From NCBI GenBank assembly GCA_900770945.1, contig CAAGME010000037.1, positions 78,336 through 142,335 of the forward strand: DNA of 64,000 bases, in the 5' to 3' direction. The DNA comes from Clostridia bacterium. Lineage in GTDB: Bacteria > Bacillota > Clostridia > Christensenellales > Borkfalkiaceae. The translations under genes and the position numbers were made by a program. The notes under the pieces were generated by a model. The model was not told the DNA's origin, made no database searches, and worked only from the letters and a program-made list of their open reading frames with translations. This document shows positions 8,221-18,079 of this stretch, in pieces. Numbering within the stretch: the first letter of the stretch is position 1; each line of letters starts with the position of its first letter.

Positions 8221-9462
8221 TTAAAACTGCGCGATTATGCCCGTAAAGATAGGTAAGGAAGAAGAATCGAGTATCATGTAGACGAAAGGTCTATTTAAAA
8301 TTACGGACGGAACGTCCGGAACACTCGTTGCCTTGCCGCCAATCTCCGTAACCGCGCTTGCCTTCGTTTTCTGCTCGTTTACGGTGATATGCGTTTTATG
8401 CACCGCTTCGCCGATATAGAGGTTGCCGCGCGCGGTTTTGCCGAGAGCGGTAAAGTCCGCGTCAGCCGAAAAAGCTTTGTTTACGCCGAGCTTTTTCAGC
8501 GTCGGGATAAGGTCGAAGCGGTTTTCGAAATCGAATTTAGGCAAGCCGATTTTAACGGAAGTATTTTTCGCGCCCGACAAAATTTTCGTCAAGCTTTCGC
8601 CCGTAAGAGAGCTTAAAAAATCGTCGATAGATGTATCTTCGTCCGGCAAAATCGCCGCGAATTTATATTCGCCGCCGACGTACGGCTTGATAAAGCCTTT
8701 CGCCTTTTCCGTTTCGATATAGCTTTGTTCCGTCGCGTACATCATCGTGACCTCGGCTTCGTTTTTCACGCCGTAAAAAGTCCCGCTTCTAACGGAGTTT
8801 TTCTCGAATTTATCTTTCCATTCGGCTTCGAAGTCGAGCGCGTTCAAAAGGTACAAAACGGTGTCGGCGTCGATATCGTCAATGATTTTATCTATGCCGC
8901 CGCGCGTGTTGTTGTATACCCAATTGTTTATATCTTTAACCGTTTCGCCGTCAAAGGAAGCGGAATAAAGCCGAGCGAGATAGTTGTTTTTTACGACGTT
9001 CAAAAAATCGTTTTCTATCGTGACGGCGTTTTTTCTGCTCCAAACGGAGTTTGCGACATGTAACTCTTTGCTTTCCGAGCTTTTTTGCATAAGCCGGGCA
9101 AAGTATGCGTTTATCGTTTGTACGTCCGCACCGAGCAAGGCTTCAAGCTCCGTCTTAGTTTCGCCTTTCGCGCCGTTCGTCACCATGCCGAATGCGGCGG
9201 CAATCGAAAGCGGAGAAATGCAAGCGTTTTCGTTTTTATACAGTGCCTTAGTCATTTTCACGGCGAAGTTATTGTAAATAACCGAAAACTTTTCGTCCGC
9301 GTTTTTGCTTTCGACCGTTTGCGCGGCAACTTTTGCGGTAAGTTCTTCCGCCACTACTTTTTTTGCTCTGAAGCTCCTCGATGCGGGATTACACCCCGCA
9401 AGAGCGCAAAAGCACACGGCGGTAAGCAACAAAAAGCTAACTGTTTTCTTGAAAAATTTCAT
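8221..9462 (-). CDS. Serpin-family serine protease inhibitor, lipoprotein
   Basis: Lipobox LAGC after the signal peptide. Serpin C-terminal signature ILNRPFVYMILD. Hinge-like TVNEQKTKASAVTEIGG precedes the reactive-centre loop. 413 aa. Confidence 0.8.
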   Translation of the reverse strand: MKFFKKTVSFLLLTAVCFCALAGCNPASRSFRAKKVVAEELTAKVAAQTVESKNADEKFSVIYNNFAVKMTKALYKNENACISPLSIAAAFGMVTNGAKGETKTELEALLGADVQTINAYFARLMQKSSESKELHVANSVWSRKNAVTIENDFLNVVKNNYLARLYSASFDGETVKDINNWVYNNTRGGIDKIIDDIDADTVLYLLNALDFEAEWKDKFEKNSVRSGTFYGVKNEAEVTMMYATEQSYIETEKAKGFIKPYVGGEYKFAAILPDEDTSIDDFLSSLTGESLTKILSGAKNTSVKIGLPKFDFENRFDLIPTLKKLGVNKAFSADADFTALGKTARGNLYIGEAVHKTHITVNEQKTKASAVTEIGGKATSVPDVPSVILNRPFVYMILDSSSLPIFTGIIAQF

Positions 9463-9592
9463 AAAATCACCTCACTTGTCTAAAATTTTAAAAAGCTGCG
9501 CTTTTCAATTATAATTATAGACGATTTCAGATAGCTTTGTCAATACTTTTAACAAAATAAAATTCAGATAAAGAATCCCTATACTTATGCTT

Positions 9593-10855
9593 TTACCAAA
9601 TATCTTTTTCGTTTATAAATTTTGCTAAGTTAATAAGGGCTTTTGCGGAATGCGATTTTTTGACGATATAAATAAGCTTGTCTGAATACGGTAAAACGCA
9701 ATATACTTTTACGCCGCTTTCAAAAAGTCTGCGGGTTATTTTTCTTTCGGAAACTTCCGTAAACGAGCCGACGAGCGACAGCGCGAAAAAACCGTCCTCG
9801 GCGGTGACGAAAAAGTCGCCCGAGGAGCGTAATGCTTGGATTGCTTCCGGGATTTTATCGTTGTCCTCGTCGATATAAAAGGCTAAATCGTTTGTTGATA
9901 AATAAAGCGCAAGCGGCTCGCCCAAAACCGTAAAAAGCTTACTTAATGCCGTAAAAGTATTAGAAAAACCGCCGATTTTTAGCTTTACTGAAATTTTCAA
10001 AGTGCATTTGCCCGCAACGGCTTTCGGCTTGTTTTTATTGCAAAAAGCGTTTTCCGAAACGAGCGTGGAACGAGATGACGAAACAAAAGACGAGCAAACG
10101 ACGAGCGGAATATCCTTGCCGACAAGATACTTAACAACCGACGGACAAACAACCTTTGCGCCGAAACGAGAAAGGGCTTCAAGACCCCTGTAATTTAGCC
10201 TTTTGACAGTTTTCGCCTTATCGAAAATGCGCGGGTCCGCCGATAAAACACCCTCTTCGTCCGTAAAGTTTTCATACATATCCGCTCCGAAAGCTTCGCT
10301 TAAAACAGCGCCCGTGATATCCCCGCCGCCGCGCGGAAAAAGCCTTACTTTGCCTTGCTCGTCCGCACCGTAAAACCCGGGGACGACTATTCCGCCGTCA
10401 ATATCCGTTTTTTCGGCGGCGGCACGGCATTTTGCTCTGTCAACTTCGCCGTTATTATCGAAAAATATCAGTTCGAGCGCGTCTTTAAAAACAAAATCGA
10501 GCCTTTTTGCCACTATCGACGCAGTGAGATATTCCCCGCGCGATATAAATGCTTGCTCGTTGTTTGCGCACGCTAAAAGAGCGTTATAAGCAATCTCAAA
10601 AAAGTTTTCGTCCTCAGCATACTCTGCAAATTTTCGCGCTAAAAAATTCAGTGATTGTTCCTTTTCTTTTTCGTCTTTAATTTTAAAAACATTTCTCAAA
10701 AAATCCGTAGTTTTTTCTTCCGAACAAAAGCCTTTACCGGGCGCGGAAACGACCACTATTTTTCGGCTGTTATCCTCTTTCACTATTCTTAAAACGTTGT
10801 TTAGCCTTTCGAGAGTCGCAAGCGAACTGCCGCCGAACTTACTTAACCTTAACAT
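9593..10855 (-). CDS. Aspartate kinase (monofunctional, with C-terminal ACT domains)
   Basis: N-terminal KFGGSS. RGGGDITGAVLSEAFGA matches the aspartokinase RGGSDTTAV motif. GVLSADPRIF motif present. 420 aa. Confidence 0.75.
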   Translation of the reverse strand: MLRLSKFGGSSLATLERLNNVLRIVKEDNSRKIVVVSAPGKGFCSEEKTTDFLRNVFKIKDEKEKEQSLNFLARKFAEYAEDENFFEIAYNALLACANNEQAFISRGEYLTASIVAKRLDFVFKDALELIFFDNNGEVDRAKCRAAAEKTDIDGGIVVPGFYGADEQGKVRLFPRGGGDITGAVLSEAFGADMYENFTDEEGVLSADPRIFDKAKTVKRLNYRGLEALSRFGAKVVCPSVVKYLVGKDIPLVVCSSFVSSSRSTLVSENAFCNKNKPKAVAGKCTLKISVKLKIGGFSNTFTALSKLFTVLGEPLALYLSTNDLAFYIDEDNDKIPEAIQALRSSGDFFVTAEDGFFALSLVGSFTEVSERKITRRLFESGVKVYCVLPYSDKLIYIVKKSHSAKALINLAKFINEKDIW

Positions 10856-10946
10856 ACAAAAAAGGAACGATTTGTTGTCGTTCCCCTACTCCCGATATAT
10901 TATATCGGCAAAAATTTTAATTTATGCGGAAAAACCGCGCAAAAAC

Positions 10947-11378
10947 TTACTCGATTGCCATTATCGAAGCGTTTTTAACGTTTTCAGTATTGCGTATCGC
11001 CTGAACCAAATCGGACACGTCGATGGCTACGTCCGTAACGTCGACGGTGAGCGTAATAAACCCTACTCCCCTCACGCTCATGGCTTGGTTAATCGCAATG
11101 ACGTTCGCGCCGAAGTCGTAAACGATATCGAGAATCGCGCCCAAAACGCCCTTTTTGTCGGCTGTTTTGACGGTGATTATGCTTTTTTTGCCGTACTGCT
11201 CGGTCGCGCGGAAAATTTTGTCTTTATACTTATAAAACGTGGAACGGGAAATATCTACTTCCTTGCAAGCTTCGCAAACGCTCATCTTGCTGTCTTCGAC
11301 CAAACTTTTTGCTTTGAGAACCGATTCAAAATAATCGGGTAATATCGATTTATAAACTATGAGTAATTCGTCTTTCAT
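10947..11378 (-). CDS. ACT-domain protein, UPF0735/PheB-like (N-terminal HTH-like plus C-terminal ACT)
   Basis: 143 aa; the ACT-like stretch ITVKTADKKGVLGAILDIVYDFGANVIAI; lies immediately upstream of the aspartokinase gene with a ~90-nt gap. Confidence 0.55.
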   Translation of the reverse strand: MKDELLIVYKSILPDYFESVLKAKSLVEDSKMSVCEACKEVDISRSTFYKYKDKIFRATEQYGKKSIITVKTADKKGVLGAILDIVYDFGANVIAINQAMSVRGVGFITLTVDVTDVAIDVSDLVQAIRNTENVKNASIMAIE

Positions 11379-11608
11379 TCGGGTAAATTCTAATGCGGAC
11401 CAAATATTTCCGCCCCTTTGCTTTTATATCGTTTATTATATTATGTTTTTCGTTAAAAGACAAGTGTTTTTGAGACAAAAACAAATATAATTAAAAAAAT
11501 CTTAAAAATTTATTGATTAAACGAGAAAAATACTCCGTAGGCATAGTTAAAGGCTAACGAAAACTCGTTAGCCATACTATTATATGAATTTCCGCTGACC
11601 GACTGGCT

Positions 11609-12973
11609 TTACGCGACTTCGGTTAAGCAGTCGGAAGTTACGGCGATGTCTACGGAAAGCGTTTCGCCGCCGCGCATTACTTTTGTAGTGACGGTGTCGC
11701 CCGCTTTTGCGCCCATAACGGTATCGATGAGAACAAAGCTCCTCGTGACATTTTTCTCCCTGCCGTTTACCGCGACGGAGATTATTTTGTCGCCGACTTT
11801 AAGCTTTCCGTCGGCTTTTGAGCCGGAAGTTATCGCTGCGATTTCCACTTCTTCGACAATCTTCAAAAGCCCCGTTTCGCTATCCAAAACGGCGGAAGAG
11901 GAATTGGATTTGACCTGAACGCCGATAAGCGGCTTTTTGAACGTCGTGTCCGACGTGCCGAGGCAATATTCGACTATGTTTTTAACTACCGGCTCGACCT
12001 GAGCGGACGGAAGGGCGTAATACATGCCCTCGGTGTTTTCCTCGATGTTTTTGGCGTTGACGATGCCGAGAAGTTTGCCTTGCGAATTAAAAAGTCCGCC
12101 GCCCGAGTTGCCCGAGTTGATAGCCGCGTCGAAGCGCATTACGCGGTAAGTAGTGGAGTTGCCGCGCGGGTCGTTCATCGTGATGTATTCGCTGTCAACC
12201 GACAAAACGCCGCTTGTGAGCGATATGCCGTTAGCCCTCGAGTTGCCGACGGCGTAAACCGTTTCGCCCACGCTCGCTTCGTCGGAATCGGCAAAACTTA
12301 CGGCTTTGACGGAAGAATTTTTAATAACTTCGCTTCCGCTTACCTTTAAAAGCGCGATATCGTAAGTCGAAGTTCCGCCGACGTATTCGCAATCGATGGC
12401 GTACTCGTCGCTCTGTTTGCCGTAAATATAAACTTTTATTGATTCTGCAATCTTGTCGGATTTTACCGCCGAAGAGTTGTAAACGACGTGGAAGTTTGTC
12501 ATGATGAGCGCGTTGCCGGCTTCCTTATCGACCGAATAGAAAACGCCCGTTCCGGAAGAAGTAGACTTGCCCGTAGTGGTGCCGCCTCCCCAAAAACCGC
12601 CGCCGGTGCTTGTTCTCACGGTAGAAGTAGCAACGACGTCAACGACCGAAAAAAGCGTGTTGTTGGCGACTACTCCGCTACTTGTCGAGCCGAAGTATTC
12701 CTTTACGAAGTCGGCAAAACTGCCCGTATACGAGCCTTTTTCTACCATTTCCGTATACAGCTCGTAAGCGGTGTAATCGACGTTGAAGTTTTCGCCGTCC
12801 TTGCCGTTAGCGCCTTTTAAGCTCGCAAGCCATTCCTGTTCGGTGCCGGTGAAGCCGTTTCTCACGGCGATATCGTATGCGGAAAGCCCGCTAAGAGAGC
12901 ATGCCGAAAACGTTAAGCTCATAGCGATAACGAGAGCCGTAACTACCGTTAAAACGAAATATTTTTTCTTCAT
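11609..12973 (-). CDS. Secreted trypsin-like serine protease (HtrA/S1C-like) with C-terminal PDZ-like domain
   Basis: Signal peptide MKKKYFVLTVVTALVIAMSLTFSAC; catalytic His (TNFHVV), Asp (DIALLKV) and Ser (GNSGGGLF); C-terminal KVGDKIISVAVNG PDZ-like segment. Confidence 0.8.
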   Translation of the reverse strand: MKKKYFVLTVVTALVIAMSLTFSACSLSGLSAYDIAVRNGFTGTEQEWLASLKGANGKDGENFNVDYTAYELYTEMVEKGSYTGSFADFVKEYFGSTSSGVVANNTLFSVVDVVATSTVRTSTGGGFWGGGTTTGKSTSSGTGVFYSVDKEAGNALIMTNFHVVYNSSAVKSDKIAESIKVYIYGKQSDEYAIDCEYVGGTSTYDIALLKVSGSEVIKNSSVKAVSFADSDEASVGETVYAVGNSRANGISLTSGVLSVDSEYITMNDPRGNSTTYRVMRFDAAINSGNSGGGLFNSQGKLLGIVNAKNIEENTEGMYYALPSAQVEPVVKNIVEYCLGTSDTTFKKPLIGVQVKSNSSSAVLDSETGLLKIVEEVEIAAITSGSKADGKLKVGDKIISVAVNGREKNVTRSFVLIDTVMGAKAGDTVTTKVMRGGETLSVDIAVTSDCLTEVA

Positions 12974-13073
12974 AATCGCTCCTTTAAAGGTTAAAACCTT
13001 TTTTGCTTTTATTTTTTATTTTTCCCGAGCCGAAAAGTTGACAAGCCTTGCGGTTCGGTATTATACTTTTTAT

Positions 13074-13760
13074 ATGGTAAACGATGACTTGTTGATAGAA
13101 AACAACGTAAAAACTCTTTTGGCGACGATTCCGAAAGTAAACGATTACGGCGAGAAAATAACGATTGCCGCCGCCTCGAAAACGCGGACGATAGAGGAAA
13201 TGCACCGAGCTTTAAGCTCCGGAATCACCGTTTTCGGCGAAAACAAAGCACAGGAATTCAGAGATAAATACCCGTTTTTCAAGGGCGCAGACTATCGGTT
13301 TTTCGGAAGGCTTCAATCAAACAAGATAAAATATCTTATCGGAAAATGTTCGCTTATAGAATCCGTGGACAGCTTACGCCTCGCCGAGGAAATTTCGGAA
13401 TTATCAAAACGCGCGGGGGTTACTACCGATATTTTAATCGAAGTAAACCAGGGCGAAAAGGAAAAGGGAGGCGTTTGCTTTCAGGGCGTTTTTGAGCTGT
13501 TTTCAAAGGCAAGTTCGCTTGAAAACATTCGCGTGAAAGGCTTGATGACGGTAATGCCCGAGTTAAGTTTTGAGATAATACAAGAAAAATGTTTGCAAAC
13601 GCGCAACTTATATGATATAATTAAGAATGAATTTGACGGCGTTTCCGTTCTTTCGATGGGAATGTCGCACGATTACGAAATCGCCGTAAAGTGCGGTTCT
13701 AACTGCGTTCGCCTCGGCGAAGCGATATTCGGAAAAAGAGATTACAGCAAAATAAACTAA
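13074..13760 (+). CDS. YggS-family pyridoxal phosphate homeostasis protein
   Basis: Start reset to MVNDDLL at 13074 (the upstream in-frame stretch overlaps the protease gene). FGENKAQE and SMGMSHDYEIAV are YggS/alanine-racemase-N motifs. Conserved ylmE-sepF synteny. Confidence 0.85.
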   Translation: MVNDDLLIENNVKTLLATIPKVNDYGEKITIAAASKTRTIEEMHRALSSGITVFGENKAQEFRDKYPFFKGADYRFFGRLQSNKIKYLIGKCSLIESVDSLRLAEEISELSKRAGVTTDILIEVNQGEKEKGGVCFQGVFELFSKASSLENIRVKGLMTVMPELSFEIIQEKCLQTRNLYDIIKNEFDGVSVLSMGMSHDYEIAVKCGSNCVRLGEAIFGKRDYSKIN

Positions 13761-13777
13761 CGAAAAGGAGTTTTACT

Positions 13778-14119
13778 ATGGGAGTATTCGACAGCTTTAT
13801 TAAGCCGGAAAGCGAAAGAAAACCGAAAAAGGACTTAAACAAACCGTTTAATATGTCGGAAATGCCTAAGTCCACCGTCGCGGGGACTTTTGACAGGTAT
13901 TATCCGAGGAGTTTTGCCGACCTTTACCCCATTATCGACGCATTGCGGCTCGGGCGTTCTGTTATCGTTTACTGCACGGAACTCAAAGAAGCGACCGCCG
14001 TGCGCGTACTCGATATCTTAGCCGGCGCAACCTACGCCTTAAAGGGCAGCTGGCAACCTATCGTGAACGAAGTTTTCGTTTTCACTCCTAACGCGGACGA
14101 CGCCGCGCCGAGATTTTAA
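13778..14119 (+). CDS. sepF: Cell division protein SepF
   Basis: PRSFADLYPIIDALRLGRSVIVYCTELKEATAVRVLDILAGATYALKGSWQPIVNEVFVFTP matches the SepF core; directly follows yggS. Confidence 0.85.
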   Translation: MGVFDSFIKPESERKPKKDLNKPFNMSEMPKSTVAGTFDRYYPRSFADLYPIIDALRLGRSVIVYCTELKEATAVRVLDILAGATYALKGSWQPIVNEVFVFTPNADDAAPRF

Positions 14120-14254
14120 GCGAAACTTACTTATCCCTATTTATTCAGCCGTCGCAACAACCTCTTTTCAAGCGTTATTATGCGACTTAAAGCTAAAGTT
14201 TACCTAAACGAGCAATTTATTTTTATAAAATTAGGGATAATGAATGTAAGACCT

Positions 14255-14282
14255 AACGAAAAGAGCGCGTCCCGCGCTCCTT
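14255..14282. terminator. Bidirectional rho-independent terminator between convergent sepF and cpsB-like genes
   Basis: aaaagagcgcg-tccc-gcgctcc-ttttttt: GC stem flanked by an A-run and a T-run. Confidence 0.6.
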
Positions 14283-14285
14283 TTT

Positions 14286-14966
14286 TTATTCGAAAATTTT
14301 GTCGGCGTTCAGTTTGAAAAGCTTTTCGGCTTTCTCCGTGCCGTATCTTTTTTTTATCGCCTCGTAAGCCCTTTTCATATTATACTCACGCGTAAAGTGA
14401 ATATCGCTCGATATAACGTCGATAAAGTCTTTTTCGAGGTATTTATGCGCGCGACGGCGAAACGAAGCGAGCGGAGAAGCGAAAAACGACGAGGCGTTGA
14501 CCTGAATAAGGGCTTCCATCGACCGTATTTCGGCAACGTCTTCCACGGAAAGATATTCGTACCTTTCTATATGCGCTATTATAGGCTTAAACCCCGCAAG
14601 TTTAAGCTCATAAACGGAGCTTGCAACGTCGAAAGGTTTGGTGTAAGGATATTCGCAAAGAACGTACTTACCGCCCGCCATTGTCGAAAGTTCGCCGCTT
14701 TTTAAGGCTTTATACACGCCTTTGTCAATCGTTATTTCTCTGCCTAAAAAAAGCTCGACCCCCGTCGGATTGTTTTCGACGAGGGTGGTAAAAGCTTGTT
14801 CGATATCCGCCCTCGTCGCCTCGTAAACGCCTCTTCGAAAATGGGGAGTGCAAACCAAGCGGCTTATCCCCTCCTTTTCCGCTCTTTTTAAAAGCGAAAT
14901 AGAATCTTCAAGGCTTTTACTGCCGTCGTCAACGTTCGGCACGACGTGAGCATGAATATCCGTCAT
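14286..14966 (-). CDS. PHP-family manganese-dependent protein-tyrosine phosphatase (CpsB/YwqE-like)
   Basis: MTDIHAHVVPNVDDGS…CTPHF, a PHP-domain metal-binding start typical of CpsB/YwqE. Confidence 0.8.
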   Translation of the reverse strand: MTDIHAHVVPNVDDGSKSLEDSISLLKRAEKEGISRLVCTPHFRRGVYEATRADIEQAFTTLVENNPTGVELFLGREITIDKGVYKALKSGELSTMAGGKYVLCEYPYTKPFDVASSVYELKLAGFKPIIAHIERYEYLSVEDVAEIRSMEALIQVNASSFFASPLASFRRRAHKYLEKDFIDVISSDIHFTREYNMKRAYEAIKKRYGTEKAEKLFKLNADKIFE

Positions 14967-14967
14967 T

Positions 14968-15708
14968 TTATTTTTCTTCTCCGTAATAATAATATTTATT
15001 ACCGTAATATCCGCCGGAGCCGGATTTGTAGAAGTTCATTACGCTGCCCAAAACGCGCGCGCCGCTACGTTTTAAAAGTTCGGAAGCTTCGTGGATTTCT
15101 TTTTTCTGAGCTTTGCCGTACGCGACGACAAACAACACCCCGTCCGAAACCTTGGAGATGTGTATGTACTCGGAAACCTGTAAAACGGGAGCGGCATCAA
15201 GGAAAATATAATCGTACTTTTCTCTTAAAGACGAGATAAGCTTAGCGAACTTTTCGCTCGTTAAAAGAAGCGACGGGTTGAAAATTTCAGACCCTCTCGT
15301 TATTATATCAAGACCGGCGTATTCGGTGTGCTTGATAACTTCTTCGATTTTTGCTTTGTCCGACATATAATCGACCAAGCCGACTTCGTTTGAAAGCGAA
15401 AAGAATCTGTTTATGCGCGGACGGCGGAAGTCAAGGTCGATAACGAGAATCCTTTTTTCGTTAAAGGAAAGCGAAACGGCAAGGTTGGCGCAAACGGTCG
15501 TTTTACCCTCGCCCTCGACGGAGGACTCGAACTGAATAACCTGCGGCTTGTTTTCGCCGGACATAAACAAAATGTTGTCTTTTAGTGTGTTGTAGCACTC
15601 GTTAATAGCGTTCATTTCGTCTTTTTTAACGACGATTTCGTCCTTTCTCACTATCTTTGAGTGACGGGTTTTTCCGCCGAAAAGGCGTTTGAAAAAATTA
15701 TCGCTCAT
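14968..15708 (-). CDS. BY-kinase (CpsD/YwqD-like protein-tyrosine kinase)
   Basis: Walker A GEGKTTVCANLA, Walker B ILVIDLD, and a tyrosine-rich C-terminal tail GGYYGNKYYYYGEEK. Confidence 0.85.
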   Translation of the reverse strand: MSDNFFKRLFGGKTRHSKIVRKDEIVVKKDEMNAINECYNTLKDNILFMSGENKPQVIQFESSVEGEGKTTVCANLAVSLSFNEKRILVIDLDFRRPRINRFFSLSNEVGLVDYMSDKAKIEEVIKHTEYAGLDIITRGSEIFNPSLLLTSEKFAKLISSLREKYDYIFLDAAPVLQVSEYIHISKVSDGVLFVVAYGKAQKKEIHEASELLKRSGARVLGSVMNFYKSGSGGYYGNKYYYYGEEK

Positions 15709-15709
15709 A

Positions 15710-16477
15710 TCACTTGCTCCCCTTTGTTTTTACGGAAACGTCCTGCACGTAGGCGATAACGTCGAAGCCCGTAGAGTATTCAATGTCCTTTTTGGAATTA
15801 ACGGTGTCGTCAAGACGAGAAGCGATAAAGAACGCGAGATACGAAAGAACGAGCGCGACGAGAGCCGCTATTATCGTATACGTTTTCCATTTGTTTGTCG
15901 CAACGGCTTTATCCTTAGAAGAATACTGAACAACGAAAACGGTGTTTGCGACCGGATACACGTCGTAACCGTCCATGTTTTTTTCAAGCGAAACGTCTAC
16001 GATTGTATCGGCAATCGCATTGACGGTCGCGGCGGCGTGTTCTTTCGACGATAAAGTGGTGTAAGTTATGGTGACAAGCAACTCTTCTTCCTTATAGGAA
16101 ACGCCGATAGCTTTTTTATTAACCTTCTCGATTTTTTTATCCGCCGATGTTTTCTTGTTAACGGCGTCGCTTACGACGTCCGTTTTTGTAACCATGCTCG
16201 AAAGCACGGGGATTACGTTTTTGCCGAAAGTAATGGCAGCGTTGTCGTAGCTTACGTTAACCCCGCTCGGTTCCTCATAAAGGTGCTTTGCGTTTATGAT
16301 AAGAATAGCCGAAGCCTTGTATTGCGTTTTGACAAAAAGCTTTGATACAACGCCGGCGCAAACCGCAACGACGAGAGTTATCCCTATTATCGCCACAATG
16401 TTTTTGACGAAAACGTTCCAAAGCTCGCCGAGGGTAACGCCGTCGTCGGCATACTCGTTTTTGGTCTTTTCTTCCAT
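15710..16477 (-). CDS. Wzz/CpsC/YwqC-like transmembrane kinase modulator (chain-length determinant family)
   Basis: Two TM helices flank a periplasmic-type domain; start reset to MEEKTKNEY at 16477 (GGAGAA RBS); sits immediately upstream of the BY-kinase. Confidence 0.65.
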   Translation of the reverse strand: MEEKTKNEYADDGVTLGELWNVFVKNIVAIIGITLVVAVCAGVVSKLFVKTQYKASAILIINAKHLYEEPSGVNVSYDNAAITFGKNVIPVLSSMVTKTDVVSDAVNKKTSADKKIEKVNKKAIGVSYKEEELLVTITYTTLSSKEHAAATVNAIADTIVDVSLEKNMDGYDVYPVANTVFVVQYSSKDKAVATNKWKTYTIIAALVALVLSYLAFFIASRLDDTVNSKKDIEYSTGFDVIAYVQDVSVKTKGSK

Positions 16478-16731
16478 TTGTTTCTCCGTTTTTGTGTTTA
16501 GTCGACGAATAAAAACGCTGTTTTTACAACGATTCAAAAAAACCGAAAAAACCTCGCTTTTAATCGTTATGAGTATTTTACCATATTTAGCCGAGATATT
16601 CAACCTTTTTTAATGCAAAACGGAAAATTATTGCGGCGCGTTTTTTTGCTTGTCGCTTGAGAGTGTCGGAATTTGGTTTTTAAGACACAAAAATCCTCAT
16701 TTTTTGATAAGTTTCGACTTTTTCCCCGGAG

Positions 16732-18066
16732 CTAATCGTCAACGCCCTTTTTTTTGCGTATCTTTTTTATTTCCGCTTCATAACCGTTGTTGCCGGGGCG
16801 ATAGAAAACCGAGCCGACGAGCGCGTCCGGCAGATACTGCTGTTTAACGTAGCCGCCGTAATCGTGCGGATAAAGATAGGGCTTTTTAGTTGCAAGTTGC
16901 TCCTTACTCATATACGGCGTGTTTCTTAAATTTGTCGGAACAAAGTCGTCCTTTACGTTTTCGGCGGCTTGTTTTGCCGCGTCGAGAGCAACGACGACGG
17001 AATTTGATTTTTCCGCTTCGCAAACGTAAATTATGGCTTCGGTTAAAGGAATCATTCCCTCGGGATAACCGAGGTTTTGAAACGCCGTGAGCGCGGAAGT
17101 GGCGACGACGAGGGCGCGAGGGTCGGCAAGTCCCACGTCTTCCGCCGAGTGGACTATCAGGCGACGGGCTATAATGAGCGGGTCGCACCCGCCCGAAACA
17201 AGGCGGTTGGCGTAATACAAAGCCGCGTCCGGGCTGCTGCCGCGAAGGGACTTGCAGAACGCGCTGAGTAAGTCGTAAAACATATCCTCGTCATAGGAAA
17301 GAGCCTTTTTCTGAATGGACTGTTCTGCGTCTTTTAGCGTTATATGCACCTTGCCGCTACTATCGGGCGTGGTCGTGAGCGCGGCGAGTTCGAGCGCGTT
17401 GTACGCCACTCTCATATCCCCCGCAGCCATAACGGCGATATGCCTGCAAGCGTCTTCGTCGATTGTTACATCCATATTCGGAAATCCCCTTTTTTTGTCG
17501 TTAATCGCTTTATAGAGGGCTTTTTCGATAATATCGTCCGAAAGTTTTTTAAGCTCGAACACCCGACAGCGAGAAACTATTGCCGGGGTCATTGCGGCAA
17601 AAGGGTTCTCCGTTGTGGAGCCGATAAAGATAATCGTTCCGTTTTCGATTAAAGGAAGCAATGAGTCCGACTGCGTTTTTGAAAAACGGTGACATTCGTC
17701 GAGAAAAAGATATGTCTTTTTTTTGAAAATCCTCAAATCTTCTTTCGCTTTGTCCGCTACCTTTTTAACGTCGGCAACGCCCGCGGAAACGGCGTTAAGC
17801 TTAACGAAGTTAGCTTCCGTAGAGTTTGCTATTATGTTTGCAAGCGTAGTTTTTCCGCACCCGGGGGGTCCCCAGAATATGCAACTGCCGAGCCTGTCCG
17901 TAGAAATCGCGCGGCGAAGAAGCGAACCTTCCTCTGCGATATGCGACTGCCCTAAAAACTCCTTTAACGTAACGGGGCGCATGCGGTCGGCAAGCGGCGC
18001 GGTGTTTTCTTTTTCGCTTTCGTTTAAAACGTCGAATAAATCGTTCATAAAAAAATCCCTCTGCAA
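16732..18066 (-). CDS. rarA: Replication-associated recombination protein A (AAA+ ATPase)
   Basis: FWGPPGCGKTTLANIIA Walker A, DECHRFSK Walker B/sensor, MgsA C-terminal domain. Confidence 0.9.
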   Translation of the reverse strand: MQRDFFMNDLFDVLNESEKENTAPLADRMRPVTLKEFLGQSHIAEEGSLLRRAISTDRLGSCIFWGPPGCGKTTLANIIANSTEANFVKLNAVSAGVADVKKVADKAKEDLRIFKKKTYLFLDECHRFSKTQSDSLLPLIENGTIIFIGSTTENPFAAMTPAIVSRCRVFELKKLSDDIIEKALYKAINDKKRGFPNMDVTIDEDACRHIAVMAAGDMRVAYNALELAALTTTPDSSGKVHITLKDAEQSIQKKALSYDEDMFYDLLSAFCKSLRGSSPDAALYYANRLVSGGCDPLIIARRLIVHSAEDVGLADPRALVVATSALTAFQNLGYPEGMIPLTEAIIYVCEAEKSNSVVVALDAAKQAAENVKDDFVPTNLRNTPYMSKEQLATKKPYLYPHDYGGYVKQQYLPDALVGSVFYRPGNNGYEAEIKKIRKKKGVDD

Positions 18067-18079
18067 TTATATATAGATT

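Noticed and set aside
12783-13073. N-terminal 97-aa extension of the yggS ORF
   Set aside because: It overlaps the 5-prime end of the protease gene on the opposite strand; YggS homologs start at MVNDDLL.
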